From the NCBI RefSeq assembly GCF_009914755.1, contig NC_060945.1: a stretch of 64,000 bases of DNA; one strand, written 5' to 3'. The notes beneath the pieces are model-generated. The model did no database searches. It was not told where the DNA came from and saw only the letters and a list, made by a program, of their open reading frames with translations. The position numbers and the translations under genes are program-made. This document shows, piece after piece, positions 11,430 to 25,368 of this stretch (positions are counted from its first letter, which is position 1; every line of letters starts with the position of its first letter). The stretch comes from the human T2T-CHM13v2.0 reference genome, Homo sapiens.

Positions 11430-13695
11430 TGATATGTTTTGACTCTGTGTCCCCACCCAAATCTCATCTGAATTTGTAATTCCCATGTGTCAGGGAAGGG
11501 CCCTGGTGGGAGATGATTGAATCGTGGGAGCAGACTTCTCCTTTGCTGTTCTTGTATTAGTGAGTTCTCACAAGATCTGGTTGTTTCAAAGTGTGTGGCA
11601 CTTTCCCCTTCACTCCCTCTTTCTCTCCTGCTATGCCATGGTAAGACATGCTTACTTCCCCTTCACCTTCTCCCTTGATTGTAAATTTCCTGAGGCTTCC
11701 CAGTCATGCTTCCCATTAAGCCTGTGGAACTGTGAGTCAATTAAACCTCCTTTCTTCACAAATTACCCAGTCTCAGGTAGTTCTTTATAGAAGTGTGAAA
11801 ATTGACTAATACAGAAAATTGGTGCCCAAGTGACCTATTGCTATAAAGATACTTGAAAATGTGGAAGTGACTTTGGAAGTGGGTAATGGGTAGAGGTTGG
11901 AAGAGTTTAGAGGGTTAAGATAGGAAGATGGGGGAAAGTTTGGAAGTTCCTAAAGACTTGTTGAGTGGTTATGACCAAAATGCTGATAGTGATATGAACA
12001 GTGAAGTCCAGGCTGAAGTGGTCTCAAATGGAGATAAGAAACCTATTGAGAACTGTAGTAAAGGTCACTCTTGCTATGCTTTAGCAAAGAGACTGGTGGC
12101 ATTTTGCTCCTGCTGTAGAAATCTATGGAACTTTGAACTTGAGAGAGAGAATTTAAGGTATCTGGCAGAAGAAATTTCGAAGTGGCAAAGCATTCAAGAT
12201 GTGGCCTGGCTGCTCCTAACAGTGTACAGTCATATGTATTCACAAAGAGATGGTCTGAAATTGAAACTTACATTTCAAAAGGAAGCAGAGTATAAAAGTT
12301 TGAAAAATTTGCAGCCTGACCATGTAGGAGGAAAAAAAAAAAAAAACTTTTCTGAAGAGAAATTCAAGCCACTGGCTGCAAAAATTTGCGTTAGTAAAAA
12401 TGAACCAAATGTTAATTGCCAAGACAATGGAGAAAATGTCTCCAGGGCATATCAGAGATCTTGACAGCAGTCCATCTTATCACAGGTCCAGAGGCCTAGG
12501 AGGAAAAAATTGTTTCATGGGCTGGGCCCAGGGCCTTGCTGCTCTTTGCAGTCTTGGGACATGGCACCCTGTATCCAAGCCACTCCAGCTCCAGCCATGG
12601 CTGTTGCTTCAGAGGGTGCAAGCCCCAAGCCTTGGCAGCTTCCATGTGGTGTTGGGCCTGTGGGTGCACAGAAGGCAAGAATTTGGGAACCTCTGCCTAG
12701 ATTTTAGAGGATGTACGGAAAAGCCTGTATGTCCAGGCAGAAGTCTACTGCAGGGGTAGAACCTTCATGGAGAGCCTCTGCTAGGGCAGTCTGGAATGAA
12801 AATGTGGGGTTAAAGCCCCCACAGATTCCCCACTGGCACACTGCCTAGTGGAGCTGTGAGAAGAGGGCCACTGTCCTCCAGACCCCAGAATGGTAGATCC
12901 ACCAACAGCTTGCACCATGGGCCTGGAAAAGCCTCAGTCACTCAACACCAACCCATGAAAGCAGCCAGGAGGGGGGCTGTACACTGAAAAGCCACATGCG
13001 CAGAGCTTCCCAAGACCATGAGAACCCATCTGTTACATCAGTGTGCCCTGGATGTGAGACATGGAGTCCAAGGAGATTATTCTGGAGCTTTAATATTTAA
13101 TGACTGCCCTGCTGGGCTTTGGACTTGCATGGGGCATGTGGCCCTTTGTTTTGACCAGTTCCTCCTATTTGAAATGCAAGCATTTATCCAATGCCTGTAT
13201 TCCCATTGTATCATGGAATTAACTAACTAGCTTTTGATTTTATAGGCTCATGGACAGAAGGGACTTGCCTTGCCTCAGGTTAGACTTTGGACTTGGACAT
13301 TTAGGTTAATGCTGGAATGAGTTAAGACTTTGGGAGACTGCTGGAAAGACATGACTGCATTTTGAAATGTGAGAAGAACATGAGATTTGGGAGAGGCAAT
13401 GTGGTTTCGCTCTGTGTCCCCACTCAAATCTCATCTTGAATTGTAATCCACATGTGTCAGGAAAGGGGCTTGGTGCTAGGTGATTAAATCATGGGGGTGG
13501 ACTTTCCCCTTACTGTTCTTGTGATAATGAGTGAGTTGTCATGAGATATGGTTATTTGAAAGTGTGTGGCACAGCTCCTTTCTCTAACTTTCTCTTGCTC
13601 TCTCATGGTAAAATATGCTTCTTTCCCTTTCATCTTCTACCATGATTGTAAGTTACCTGAGGCTTCCCAGTCATGCTTCCTGTTAAACCTGTGAG
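11430..13695 (+). mobile_element. MaLR provirus, MSTA/THE1D-type (LTR 11430-11813, internal, truncated 3' LTR about 13398-13695)
   Basis: LTR tgatatg..gactaataca. Internal part starts gaaaattggtg. The 178-aa ORF at 11928-12464 (DQNADSDM..LWNFELER) is the MaLR internal ORF remnant. Confidence 0.9.
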
Positions 13696-14331
13696 TTATT
13701 TGTTATTTTTTTTCCCTTCAAACTATAGGTTTAGTTCTTGTTTTTTGTAGTTCCTTGAAATGTGATGTTAGGTTTTTAATTACTGATCTTTCTACTTTTT
13801 TGACGTAGGTATTTAATGCTAAAAACGTCCCTTTTAGCACTGCTTTTGCTGTATCCCACAGGTGTTGGTATATTGTGTTGTCAATTTAACTCACAGAGAA
13901 AAATTTTAAAATTTGCAGCCTAATTTCTTCATTGACCCAGTGATCATTCAGGAAAATAATGCTTAATTTCTATGTATTTGTATAGTTTGTGAAGGTCTTC
14001 ATTGTATTGATTTCTGGCTTTATTCCACTGTGGTCTGAGAAGATATTTGATACAATTTTGATTTTTAAAAAAAACTTTAAGACTTGTTTTATGGCCTAAT
14101 ACATGGTCTATCTTGGAGAATGTTCCATGTGCTGATGAGAAGAATGTGTATTCTGTAGTTGTTGGATATAATTTTCTGTAAATGTCTGTTAAGTTTATTT
14201 AGTCTAAAATCCAACCTAAGCCTAATGCTTACTTGCTTATTTTTTGTCTTGATGATCTGTCTAGTGCTATGAGAGAGGTGTTAAAGTCCCCCACTATTAT
14301 TGTATTGCTATCTCTTTTGTTAGGTCTAGTA

Positions 14332-14333
<2 letters not shown>

Positions 14334-14369
<36 letters not shown>
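14334..14369. repeat. (TG)n microsatellite
   Basis: About 18 TG units. Confidence 0.95.
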
Positions 14370-14372
<3 letters not shown>

Positions 14373-17200
14373 CTGAGTGCTCCAATGTTGGGTGCATGTA
14401 CACTTAGAATTATTAGAATCTGTTTTTGGATTGATCACTTTGTCATTATATAATGATCTTCTTTTTTATTTTTTTAATTTAAAATGTTCTATTTATTTAA
14501 ATATAGGTAGTCCTGTTTGCTTTTGGTTTCCATTTGTGTGGAATATCTTTTTCCACCCCTTTACTTTTAGTTTATATGTGTCTTTACAGGTAAGGTAAAT
14601 TTCTTGTAGGCAGCATATAGTTAGATCATGTTTTTTTGATTCATCTTCCAATCTGTATCTTTTAAGTGGAGAATTTAATCCATTTACATTCAAGGTTAAT
14701 ATTAACAGGTGAGGCTTTGTTTCTGTCATATTGCTAATTATTTTAAAGTTGTTTTATAAATTCATTTCTTTTTTCTGTCTTTTTGTCTTTGTGGTTTGAT
14801 GAAATTCTATCTTATTGGCATTTGATTCTTTTCCTTCTTTGTGTGATTGTATTATGAATATTGTGAGTTTTATATTTTCATGTGTTTTTATGATGGTGAA
14901 TAGCAACCTTTCATTTCCATGTTTAAGACGCCTCTGAGCATTTCTTCTAGGTCTGGTCTAGTGCTGACAAATTCCTTCAGCATTTGTTGGTATGGGAAAG
15001 ACTTTATTTCATTTATGAAGCTTTATTTGGCAAGATACGCAATTCTTGGTGGACAGTTTTTACTTCCAACAATTTGAAAATGTCATTCCATTCTCTTCTA
15101 GCCTGGAGGTTTTCTGCTAAAAAGTCCACTGTTAGTCTGATGGGATTTCCTTTATAGGTGACTATATGCTTTTCTCTTTTTAATTTTAAAAATCTTTTAT
15201 TCACTTTGACTTTAGACATTTCAAATATAGTATGCTGTGGTGAATTCCTTTTTGAATGTATTTGACTGGGGATTGGTGGGCCTTCTATGTCTGGATTTCT
15301 GACTCTCTTGCAAGACATGGGAAGTTTTCATTGATTATTTTCTTAAATAGATTTTCTGAGCTTTTTATTCTCTCTTTCCCCTAGGGAATATCAATAATTT
15401 GTAACTCTGATTGTTTTATGTGATTCCAGATGTCTTGAAGACTTTGTTCTTTTTTTTTTTTTTTTTTTTTTTTTTGCCTGCTTGGATTAGTTTTAAAAAA
15501 ACTGTCTTTAAGTTCTGAGATTATTTCTTCTTCTTGCTCTGGTCTATAATTAAAGCTTTTGAATGTCTTTTGTATTTCTTTCAATGAATTTATTTCCAGA
15601 ATTTCTGCTTTTGTTTTCCTAAAGTTATCTATCTTCTTGGTAAATTTCTTACTTATATTCTGAATTGATTTTCTGATTTCTTTGTATTGGTTTTCAGATT
15701 TCTCTTGCATCTGATTGAGCTCCTTTTAAATCAATATTTTAAATTTTTATCTGGCATTTCAAGGAATTCTTTTTAAACGGAATATGTTGCTAAATAATCA
15801 TTGTAGTCCTTTGGTAGTGTCATATTTCTCTTTTTTTCATGTTTTCTGTATTCTTCCATTGATATCTGTGCATCTGGTATAGCAGTTACAAGTTTTAATT
15901 GTAGGGCAGAATTTTTTCCTGAAAATGTACATATGTTGTTGATTCAGTAGTATACTTTGGCTTTAATTTTGTGTGACTTATGATAGTATAATCTTTGTAT
16001 GACTACTTTGGTTGTACACAGGGTCAGTGGTATCTGTAATTTCTTCAGTGGTTTAGGGTACAGTTATTAGATGAGGTTGTGGTGAAGTTTTTCTGGGAAC
16101 TTTATCACCAACTGACCCAGTCTTTTGGCCCCAGTGGTGGAAGCAGTTGGGCAAATGTGTCTGTTTTTAGGCCCCAGAGCAGCAACCACTAACACACTGG
16201 CTCTGGTGTTAGTGGCTTCTGAAGGGCTGATTCTTGGGCCTCCAGATAGCTTGCTTATAAGCCAGTAGTGAAAGTGGTGAGCCAAGTGTGTGGGTGGGTT
16301 CTCAGACCCTTGGGCAGCTGGTGTCATGCAGGTGATTGCAGTGGCAGTGGTTAGAGCAATCCAGTGGGACCCAAGCAGTCCATATGAGTGTTCCTGGTAG
16401 CTGTGATAGGTTGGGTGAGCTAGTCCCCAATCCTACAGTGGCCTATGGCAGAGCACTGGGTATTGTTCTAAGTGTGCTTATGAGAGCTTGGTCTTCCCTG
16501 TCCATCCCCCAGCTGGGTGGTGGCCTCAGCTGCATCACCTTGAACTTGGCCCATGTTAAAATGGTGCCAGTCATGGACTTGTGACCAGAGAGGGCCCCAC
16601 ACTCAGGTGAGCAGCCTGGGTAAGAAGCTGTATAAGCAGTGTGGTCTGCTCAAATATCAGTTTCACAGGAGCCCATAGCAGGGAAATGGATATTGTCTGA
16701 GGTACTCATAGGAGAGTCCACTTTCCTTGCCCCTCTTTGGCTGGGTGGTGGCTGCTGCTGCATCACCCTGAACTCAGTCTGAGGGTGAGGTGCAGCCCAG
16801 TGTTAAACTCTGAAAATGGCACCTTGGGCATGTGACAAGAGATGGAAAGGCCCCTCAAGCAAGCAGGGGGGCACGAAGCTGTGGGGAATGTAGTCCATTT
16901 GCATCTCAGTCTCACGGCAGCCCATTGCAGGGCAGTGAATATTGTCCTAGATATATGCATAGGAGAGCTGGGCCCCCTGTCCTTCCTTGGCTAAGTGGGA
17001 GCTGCAGACATGTCAGCTTAAACTCAGCCTGAGGGTAGAGGGCAGCCTGGAATTAAACTCTCAAAATGACACCTCGAGGGGCAGGGATCCTCCCAGGTAA
17101 GCAGTGTGGGAAGAAGTTTTGTGGAATGTGGCCTGCTCACAACTCAGTCTCACAGCAGCCTATTGCAGGGTATTATCCTAGATGTGTTTAGGAGGGCCTG

Positions 17201-17581
17201 TGTGTTAATCCATTCTCCTACTACTACAAAGACATACCTGAGACTGGGTAGTTTATGGAGAAAAGAGGTTTAATTGACTCATAGTTTTGCAGGCTGTACA
17301 GGAGGCTTGGCTGCAGAGGCCTCAGGAAACTTAGAATCATGGCAGAAGGGGAAGAGGAAGGAGGCACGATCTTCACATGATGGAGCAGGAGAGAGAGGAC
17401 AAGCGAAGGGGGAAGTGCTATACACTTTAAACCAGATCTTATGAGAACTCACTCACTATCATGAGAACAGTAAGGGGTATGTTCACCCCCAGGATCCAGT
17501 CACCTACCAGGCCCCTCCTCCAACAGTGATGATTACAATTTATCATGAGATTTGGGCAGTGACACGAGCCAAACCATATCA
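17201..17581 (-). mobile_element. MSTA solo LTR inside the L1 5'UTR
   Basis: tgtgttaatcc..aaaccatatca. Perfect TSD gcctg at 17196-17200 and 17582-17586. Confidence 0.92.
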
Positions 17582-19059
17582 GCCTGGTTTCCCTGAGGAC
17601 CGGAGAGGGTGAGGTCTCTCCTAGGCATGTAGTATGGGCAAGAAGATGTGGGAAGTGCAGTCTTCTCATGTCTCAGTCTCAACAGCAGCTCATATCAGGG
17701 CAGCAGGGTCACTTCCAGGGGTGTGTGAGAGTCTCACTCTCCCTCGTTGGAGCAGTGCAGTGGTCACAGCCATGTCTGTAGATCCTGATATCTAGCCTTT
17801 CAAAATTGCACCCTGCTGAGGCTGCTCTAGGTCTGGGTGCCCATGGGATTCTCTGTGGGCTCCCTTTCTGGAGCAACATCTGTGTGCAATCTTTAGGCAA
17901 CACCATGTGTCAGACCCAGTGGGTCAAGGGTTTTTCTTGTACCCAAGATCATAAAAGCCAAGCCCTGTGGTTTTCTCTCTTACTGTTTCCCTGCATCTAG
18001 GAATCTCTCCTGGCTATCTGTCAATTTCCAGATGGGCAAGCTGCCTCAAACCCTTCCCTTACTTCTGTTGATTTCCATCTCTTCTCTGGTGAATGTTAGC
18101 ATTCTCTCATAGACAATCTGTTTGAAATGTGAGTATCTACTTACTATTCTGATTCTTCTCCATGGAGGAGGCACATACTACCTGCATCCAGTAAGCCACC
18201 TTGATCCAAAATCTGGCTTCTTTTTGCTATTGTACAGGAGCAGCAATGGATTTGTCAAAGTGACTAGATTGCCAGTGAGTTAAATACGCATGACTGAAAA
18301 TCAGCACTCCTTACCTAGCCTGTTCTCAGTAAGGTCTCGGTTCTCAGTAGAGTCTGCCAAATGGGTTAATTTATATTAGAGGAGGCTGCACCTGCTCATC
18401 CCATCTCATGTGCATTCACCTCCTCCTGATGGGTACTCTCTTTTCCAACTTTCCATGGCCACCTTTGCCTGAAGATTCAGCTATAAATCCTTTTTCAAAC
18501 TTGACAAGCACAGCCTTTCAAAACATAACCCTAACTTATTTTACCAATCTTGTTGCTCACATAACTCTGTATTATGTGCTTTAGCTAGTAGACAATTTGA
18601 TGCTTCCTTTTCAAATCTTTTGTTTATCCTGTTCTTACAGTTAGCAGTTTCCTCTCTCTAGCTATCCTGCCTCTTCTCTCTTATCTTTCTTTTATTTTCT
18701 CGTTATTTTTGAATATATAGATATTATTTATTAATTTATCTGTTTTCTTCAGCTTCATAACATTTATGTGTCATTTATAAACTTTAGAACTTTGTTAGAA
18801 GTTTAATTTCTCTTCTGTTTTTATAGTGAGTAGAGAGAATTATTTTCACATTTATATTACTCTAAATCATGCTAGCCAAGGAATAATTTATCTCATTAAT
18901 TTATAACAAAATCTGTTTGTCACAGCATGTGAAATATGAAAACACCATATAGAATTACACAGTATATTCTGTTTTCTAAATAAACATATGGATGCATTTT
19001 ATTTTACAACTTGAATTATATTATCTCTATTACTTATTCAAGGATATGGAATAATTTTT

Positions 19060-20170
19060 ACTTTCTGCTTCAAGACTACAGATTGAGCTCATGAGGTGCA
19101 TATCTTTTCTTTCTGAGACACCATTAAAATGACAATAAAGAAATAAAAAGCTTTTAAACTTACAACAAAGAAGAGGATAGGAGAATTCTACAGGAAACAG
19201 GATATTTCAACACACTTATTTCAAATAGAAATGAGATAGATGAGTTTATCTTGATAAGCCAAAGCACAGGAAGCTTCCACTGTAAATATTTATGAAAAGT
19301 TTTATAGCGGAAGAGGGTTACAGACTAAGAGATTGCAAGATAAATGAATAGCAAGAGTGAAAAATGAGTCCTAAAATAGTGGCATTAATTGGTGGTTTTC
19401 TGGGGTCATGATGAAAGTACTCAACAACTGATACAATAAACAATATTAATTAGTCAGCTGGATATTCACAAGAAACATCAAACAATAACCCTATCAGTGC
19501 ATACTGACTAATTACAACTCTTGTATGCTTAGACATGTAACAGTTTACTTGAGCATAGAATGGCTAGAAGCTTAGTATTTTACCCTGGCCAAACAAACAG
19601 AAAGACAAAAACATAAAACATGGGCAAAACCCAAAACCAGTAGATATTTCTTCTTTACAGTAATGTTAGGAGCTGAATAGGGGTACCTAAAGTGGATAAT
19701 ATGTCTTTTGTCTATTTAGGAGACCCTGGTTCTGTGCCAAGGATGCCTATTTATAGTGGATCCAAGAGCCTGCTGGTCAAGAAGCCCTGCCAGGGTGCTA
19801 AAAACATTAGGCATTTGAGAAAGGCTTGAAACATAAAAGAGAAAGATGAAGATGATTGAACAGGATAACCATGTCCTAGGGGAAATAGAGATATTTCAGG
19901 TAATAGAAGATAACTTAAAAAATATTTCAGTTGAGAAGTTCAAAATAATTGAAATATATTACATCCCTAAAATAACAACAGTGTGCAAAGAAATTCAGAA
20001 AAGAATCTAAACTAAAGTGGAGGAAGTCTGCCACAGAGAGAATGAAAGAGGAATATAGAAAATATGAAAAGGAAAATAAAAAAATGTAGAGTATAACTTT
20101 AAGAGTTTCAGAAACTTGCTATTATAATTTCCAGAAAAAAAAAAAAAACTAAGGCAGGTTACAGTATATT
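19060..20170 (+). mobile_element. HAL1/old L1M-like element, 5' part
   Basis: Start motif ttctgcttcaagac..cattaaaatgacaataaagaaa and A-rich ORF1-like sequence. Continues beyond the L1MA insertion. Confidence 0.55.
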
Positions 20171-23100
20171 AAAGCTATAGGGGCACAGCAAGATGGCAGA
20201 GTAGAAGCCTACATTGTATGTCTCCACTGATGGAACACCAAATTTTAACAACTATCTGCACACAGTAAAGCACCACCACAAGAACCCCAAATCAGGTGAG
20301 CAGTCACAGGACCTGGTTTTAACTTCATATCATTAAAAAAGACATTGAGGACAAAACAGGCATCTTGAATCACAGAAACCACCACTTCTCCATTTCCTGG
20401 CAGTGACCGTCTGGCCTGCAGAGAGACTCTGCTCACTTTGGGGAGGGAAAGCACAGCACCTGGGGGACTTTGCATTGATCTCAATGTTTCCCTGTCACAG
20501 CAGAGAATAAAGCCATGCTTGGCTTAGCCAGTCCCCACATACAGAGGGAACATTTGGACCAGCCCTAGCTAGAGGTAATTGCCCATCCCAGCAATTGGAA
20601 CTTCAGTTTCTCAGCAAGCCTTGGCACCATGAGCTGAAGTGCTCTGGGATCCCAGGTAAACCTGAAAAGCAGTCGAGGACACGTAGGACACAAGGACTGC
20701 AATGACTAGGCAACTCAGTGCTAGGCTGGGCTTAGAGCCAGTGAACTAAGGTGGCACGTGACCTAGGGAGACTCCAGTAGGTATGGTTAAGGAAGGGCTT
20801 GCACCGTCTTTCCCTCAACCCCAGGCAGTACAGCTTATAGCAATGAAAGTGACTCCCTTGCTTCTGCTTAAGGAGAGGAGAGCAAAGTGTATGGAGGACT
20901 TTGTCTTGTCTCTTTAGGTACCAGTGCAGCCACAGTAGGATAGGGCACTGAGCAGACTCATGAGCCCCCCTCTCCAAACCCTAGCTCCCAGACAACGTGC
21001 ATCTTAGATACCACCTCAACCACAGTGAGGTAGAGAAACAAGCTGGGCATTTGGGTCCTCAAATTCAGGCCTAGACTCGTGGACAACATTTCTGATCCTG
21101 TCCTGGGCAAGAAAGGAGCCCACTGCCCTGAAGAGTGAGTCCCAGGCAGCATTCACCACAAGCTGATGAAAGAGCCCTTGGGCTTTAAGCAAACATTGCC
21201 AGTAGCCTGGCAGAATGCCCCGTGGACCAGTAGTGGTGGTGATGGCCACAGGGAGAGGCTCCTCTGCCTGTGGAAAGGGGAAGGAAAAGTGGGAAGGACT
21301 TTGTATTGTGGTTTGAGTGCCAGCTTAGCTACAGTAGAATAGAGCAACTGGTAAATTGCGGATATTTTTGACTTCAATCTCTGGCTCCCAGGCAGCATCT
21401 CTGGACACATTCAGGCCCTGGGGGAAATTGCCATCCTGAAGAGAAGGGCCTTGGGCAAGGTCCAGTGCTGTGCTGGTTTCAGGTCTAAGCCAGAGCAGTT
21501 CCAATGTTGGTGGCCACGGAAATGCTTACATCATCACACCCCCAGTTCCAAGTGGCTCAGTAGATGGAGAATCTATATGTTTGTGAGAAAGTAAGGGGAA
21601 AAAAAAATCCCAAAGTCTCTGCCTGGTAATCCAGAGAATTCCTTTGAGTCTTATGCAAGACCACCAAGGTGGTACCTCTGTGAATGTGCAAAAACCACAG
21701 CATTATTAGGCTTGGGGCCTAAGTCCCCTTAAATACTTGGAAAGCCTTCCCAAGAAAGACAGGCACAAACAAGCCCCGACTGTGAAGACTACCATAAATA
21801 GCTAACTCTTCAATACCCAGACAATGAAGAATATATACAAGTATCAAAACCATCCAGGAAAACAAGACCTCACCAAATGATCTAAATAAGGCACCAGGGA
21901 CTAATTCTGGTAAAACAGAGATATCTGGCCTTTCAGACAGAGAATTCAAAATAGCTGTGTTGAGGAAACTTGAAGATAACACAGAAAATGAATTCAGGAT
22001 TCTATCAGATACAGTTAAAAAGATTGAAATAATTAAAAAGAATCAAGAAGGAATTCTAGAGTTAAAAAATGCAATTGACATTCCCAAGAAGGCATGCCTT
22101 TTAGTAGCAGAATAGATTATGCAGAAGAAAGAGAGTGAACTTGAAGACAGGCTATTTGAAAATACAAAGTCAGAGGAGACAAAGAAAAAAGAATACAAAA
22201 CAGTAAAGCTCACCTGTAAGATCTAGAAAATAGCCTCAAAAGGTCAAACCATAGAGTTCTTGGCCTTAAGGCCTCTTCTTCTTTAAAGAAGAGGTAAAGA
22301 AAGAGATGGGGTGGGAAATTTATTCAAAGGGATAATAACAGAAAACTCCCCAAACCTAGAGAAAGATATCAATATTCAAGTACGAGAAGGTTATAGAACA
22401 CCAAGCAGATTGATCCCAAAGAAGACTACATATAGGAATTTAATCAAACCCCAAAGGTCAAGTATCAAAAAGGGATCCTAAAAGCAGCAAGAGAAAAGAA
22501 ACAAATAACATACAATGGTGCTTCAATGCATCTGGTAGCAGACTTTTCAATAGAAACCTTACAGGCCAGGAGAGAGTGGCATGACATATTTAAAGTTATA
22601 AAAGAAAAAACACTCTTACCCTAGAATAATGTATTAAGTGAAATATCCTTTAAGCATGAATGAGGTGTAAAGACCTTCCCAGGCAAACAAAAGCTGAAGG
22701 ATTTTATCAACACCAGACCTGTCCTACAAGAAATCTAAAGGGAGTTCTTTAATCTGAAAGAAAAGAATGATAATGAGTAAGAAGAAATCATTTAAAGATA
22801 CAAAAGTCCTGGTAATAATAAACACACAGAAAACCACAGAATAGTATAATACTGTAGTTGTGGTATGTAAATTTCTCTTAAGTAGAAAGAATAAATTATG
22901 AACAATCAAAAAGAATAACTACAACACATTTTCAATAAGTAGACAGTACAATGAGATATAAAGATAAGCAATAACAAAATTAAAATGCAAGAAAATAAAG
23001 TTAGAGTTTTATTAGTTTTCTTTTTGCATGTTTGTTTATGCAATCAGTGTTAAGTTGTCATCAGTTTAAAATAATAGATTATATGACAGTATTTGGAAGT

Positions 23101-24244
23101 CTTGTAGTAACATCAAATTGCAAATCATACAATGGATACACAAAAAATAAAAAGCAAGAAATTAAAGCATACCACCAGAGAAAATCACCTTCACTAAAAG
23201 ACAGGAAGGAAGGAAAGAAGAAAGAGACGACTGGGAAACAACCTGAAAACACATAACAAATGGCAGGAGTAATTCCCTACTTATCAATAATAACATTGCA
23301 TGTAAATGGACTAAACTCTCCAATAAAAAGACATACACTTGCTGAATGGAAGATCCAATGATCTATGCTTACAGGAAACACACTTCACCTATAAAGATAC
23401 ACATAGACTGAAAATAAAGACATGGAAAAAAGATATTCTATTCCAATGGAAACAAAAAAAGCAATAGTGTTATACTTATTCAGACAAAATAGATTTCAAG
23501 ACAAAAACTGTAAGAAGAGACAAAAAAGGTCACTATATAATGATAAAAGGATCAATTCAGCAACAGAATATAACAACTTTAAATATATATGCACCAAACA
23601 CTGGAGCACCCAGATATATAAAACAAATATTATAGCTAAAGAGAGAGATATATCTCAATACAATAATAGCTAGAGACTTCAACACCTACATTCCACATTG
23701 GACAGATCTAGACAGAAAAGAACAAAGAAGCTTTGGACTTAATCTGCACTATAGAACAAATTGGCCTAAGAGATATTTACAGAACATTTTATCCAATGGC
23801 TACAGAATACACATTCTTCTCCTCAGCACGTAGATTATTCTCAAGGATAAACCATATGTTAGGTCACAAAACAAGTGTCAAAACATTCAAAAATTGAAAT
23901 AAGCATCTTCTCTAACGATAATGGAATAAAACTAGACACCAATAAAGAGGAATTTTGGAAATGATGAAAACACATGAAAATTAAACAATATGCTTCTGAA
24001 TAACCAGGGGGTCAATGAATAAATTAAGAAGGAAATCGAAAACTTTCTGGTAACAAATTATAATGGAAACACAACATACCAAAACCTATGGGATACAGCA
24101 AAAGCAGTACTAAGAGAAATTTATAGCTATAAATGTCTACATCAAAAAAAAAAAAAAAAAGCTTAAATAACCTAATAGCACATCTTAATAAACTGGAAAA
24201 ACAAGAGGGAACCAAACACAAAATTAGTAACAGAAAAAAATAAT

Positions 24245-24543
24245 AACCAGGGGTGGTGTCTCACTCCTCTAATCCCAGCACTTTGAGAGGCTGAAGCAGG
24301 CAGAACTCCTGAGGTTAGGAGTTCAAGACCAGGCTGGCCAAAATGGTGAAACCCCATCTCTACTAAAAATAAAAAAATTAGCTGGGTGTGGTGATGCATG
24401 CCTGTAGCCCCAGCTACTCAGGAGGCTGAGGCAGGAGAATCACTTGAACCTGGGAAGCAGAGGTTGCAGTGAGTCAAGATCACACCACTGCACTCTAGCC
24501 TGGATGACAGATTGAGACTTTGTCTCAAAAAAAGAAGAAGGAA
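24245..24543 (+). mobile_element. Alu SINE (AluSx-like)
   Basis: Full dimer, with aaaaataataa on both sides as TSD. Confidence 0.93.
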
Positions 24544-25368
24544 AGAAAAATAATAAAAGAGCATAAATAAATAAATTTGAAATGAAGAAAACAATACAAA
24601 AGATCAATGAACCAAAAATTTGGCTTTTTGAAAGTTAAACAAAATTGACAAACCTTTAGACAGACAAACTGAGAGAAAAGGAGAGAAGATCCAAATATAT
24701 AAAATCAGAGATGAGAAAGGAGACATTACAGCTGATACCACAGAAATTCAAAGAATCATTAATGGCTACATTGAGCAACTATATGCCAGTATATTTAAAA
24801 AAACTAAAAGAAATGGGTAAATTCCCTGACAGCTATAACCTATTAAGATTGAACCATTAAGAAATCCAAAACCTGAACATACCAATAACAAGTAATGAGA
24901 TTGAACCCATATTAAAATGTCTTTCAGTAAAGTAAGCCTAGGACCCAATGGCTTCACTGTGAATCCTATCAAACATTTAAAGAAAAGCTAATACCAGTCC
25001 TACTCAAACATTCTGAAAAATAGAGAAAGAGGGAGTATTTCCAAACTCATTCTGCAAGGCCAGTATTATCCTAATACCAAAAGCAGACAAGACAGATTCA
25101 AAAAAGAAAACTGTAGGCCAATATCTCTGATGAATATTAATGCAATGATTCTCAAGAAAATACTAGCAAACTGAATCCAACAATACTTTGTAAAGATTAT
25201 TTATCATGACCCAGTGGGATTTATCCCAGGGATGCAAGGATGGTTCAACATATGCGAAACAATGAATGTAATATATCATCTCAAGAGAATGAGGAACAAA
25301 AACCATATGATCGTTTCAGTTGATACTAAAACAGAATCTGATAAAGTTTAATATCCTTTCATGATAAA

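Noticed and set aside
11928-12464. 178-aa ORF as a novel gene
   Set aside because: It is the MaLR (MST/THE1) internal ORF remnant lying between two LTRs.
19447-19514. 11-bp inverted repeat taattagtcag/ctgactaatta
   Set aside because: Too short to support an RNA structure; probably a DNA-transposon relic or chance.
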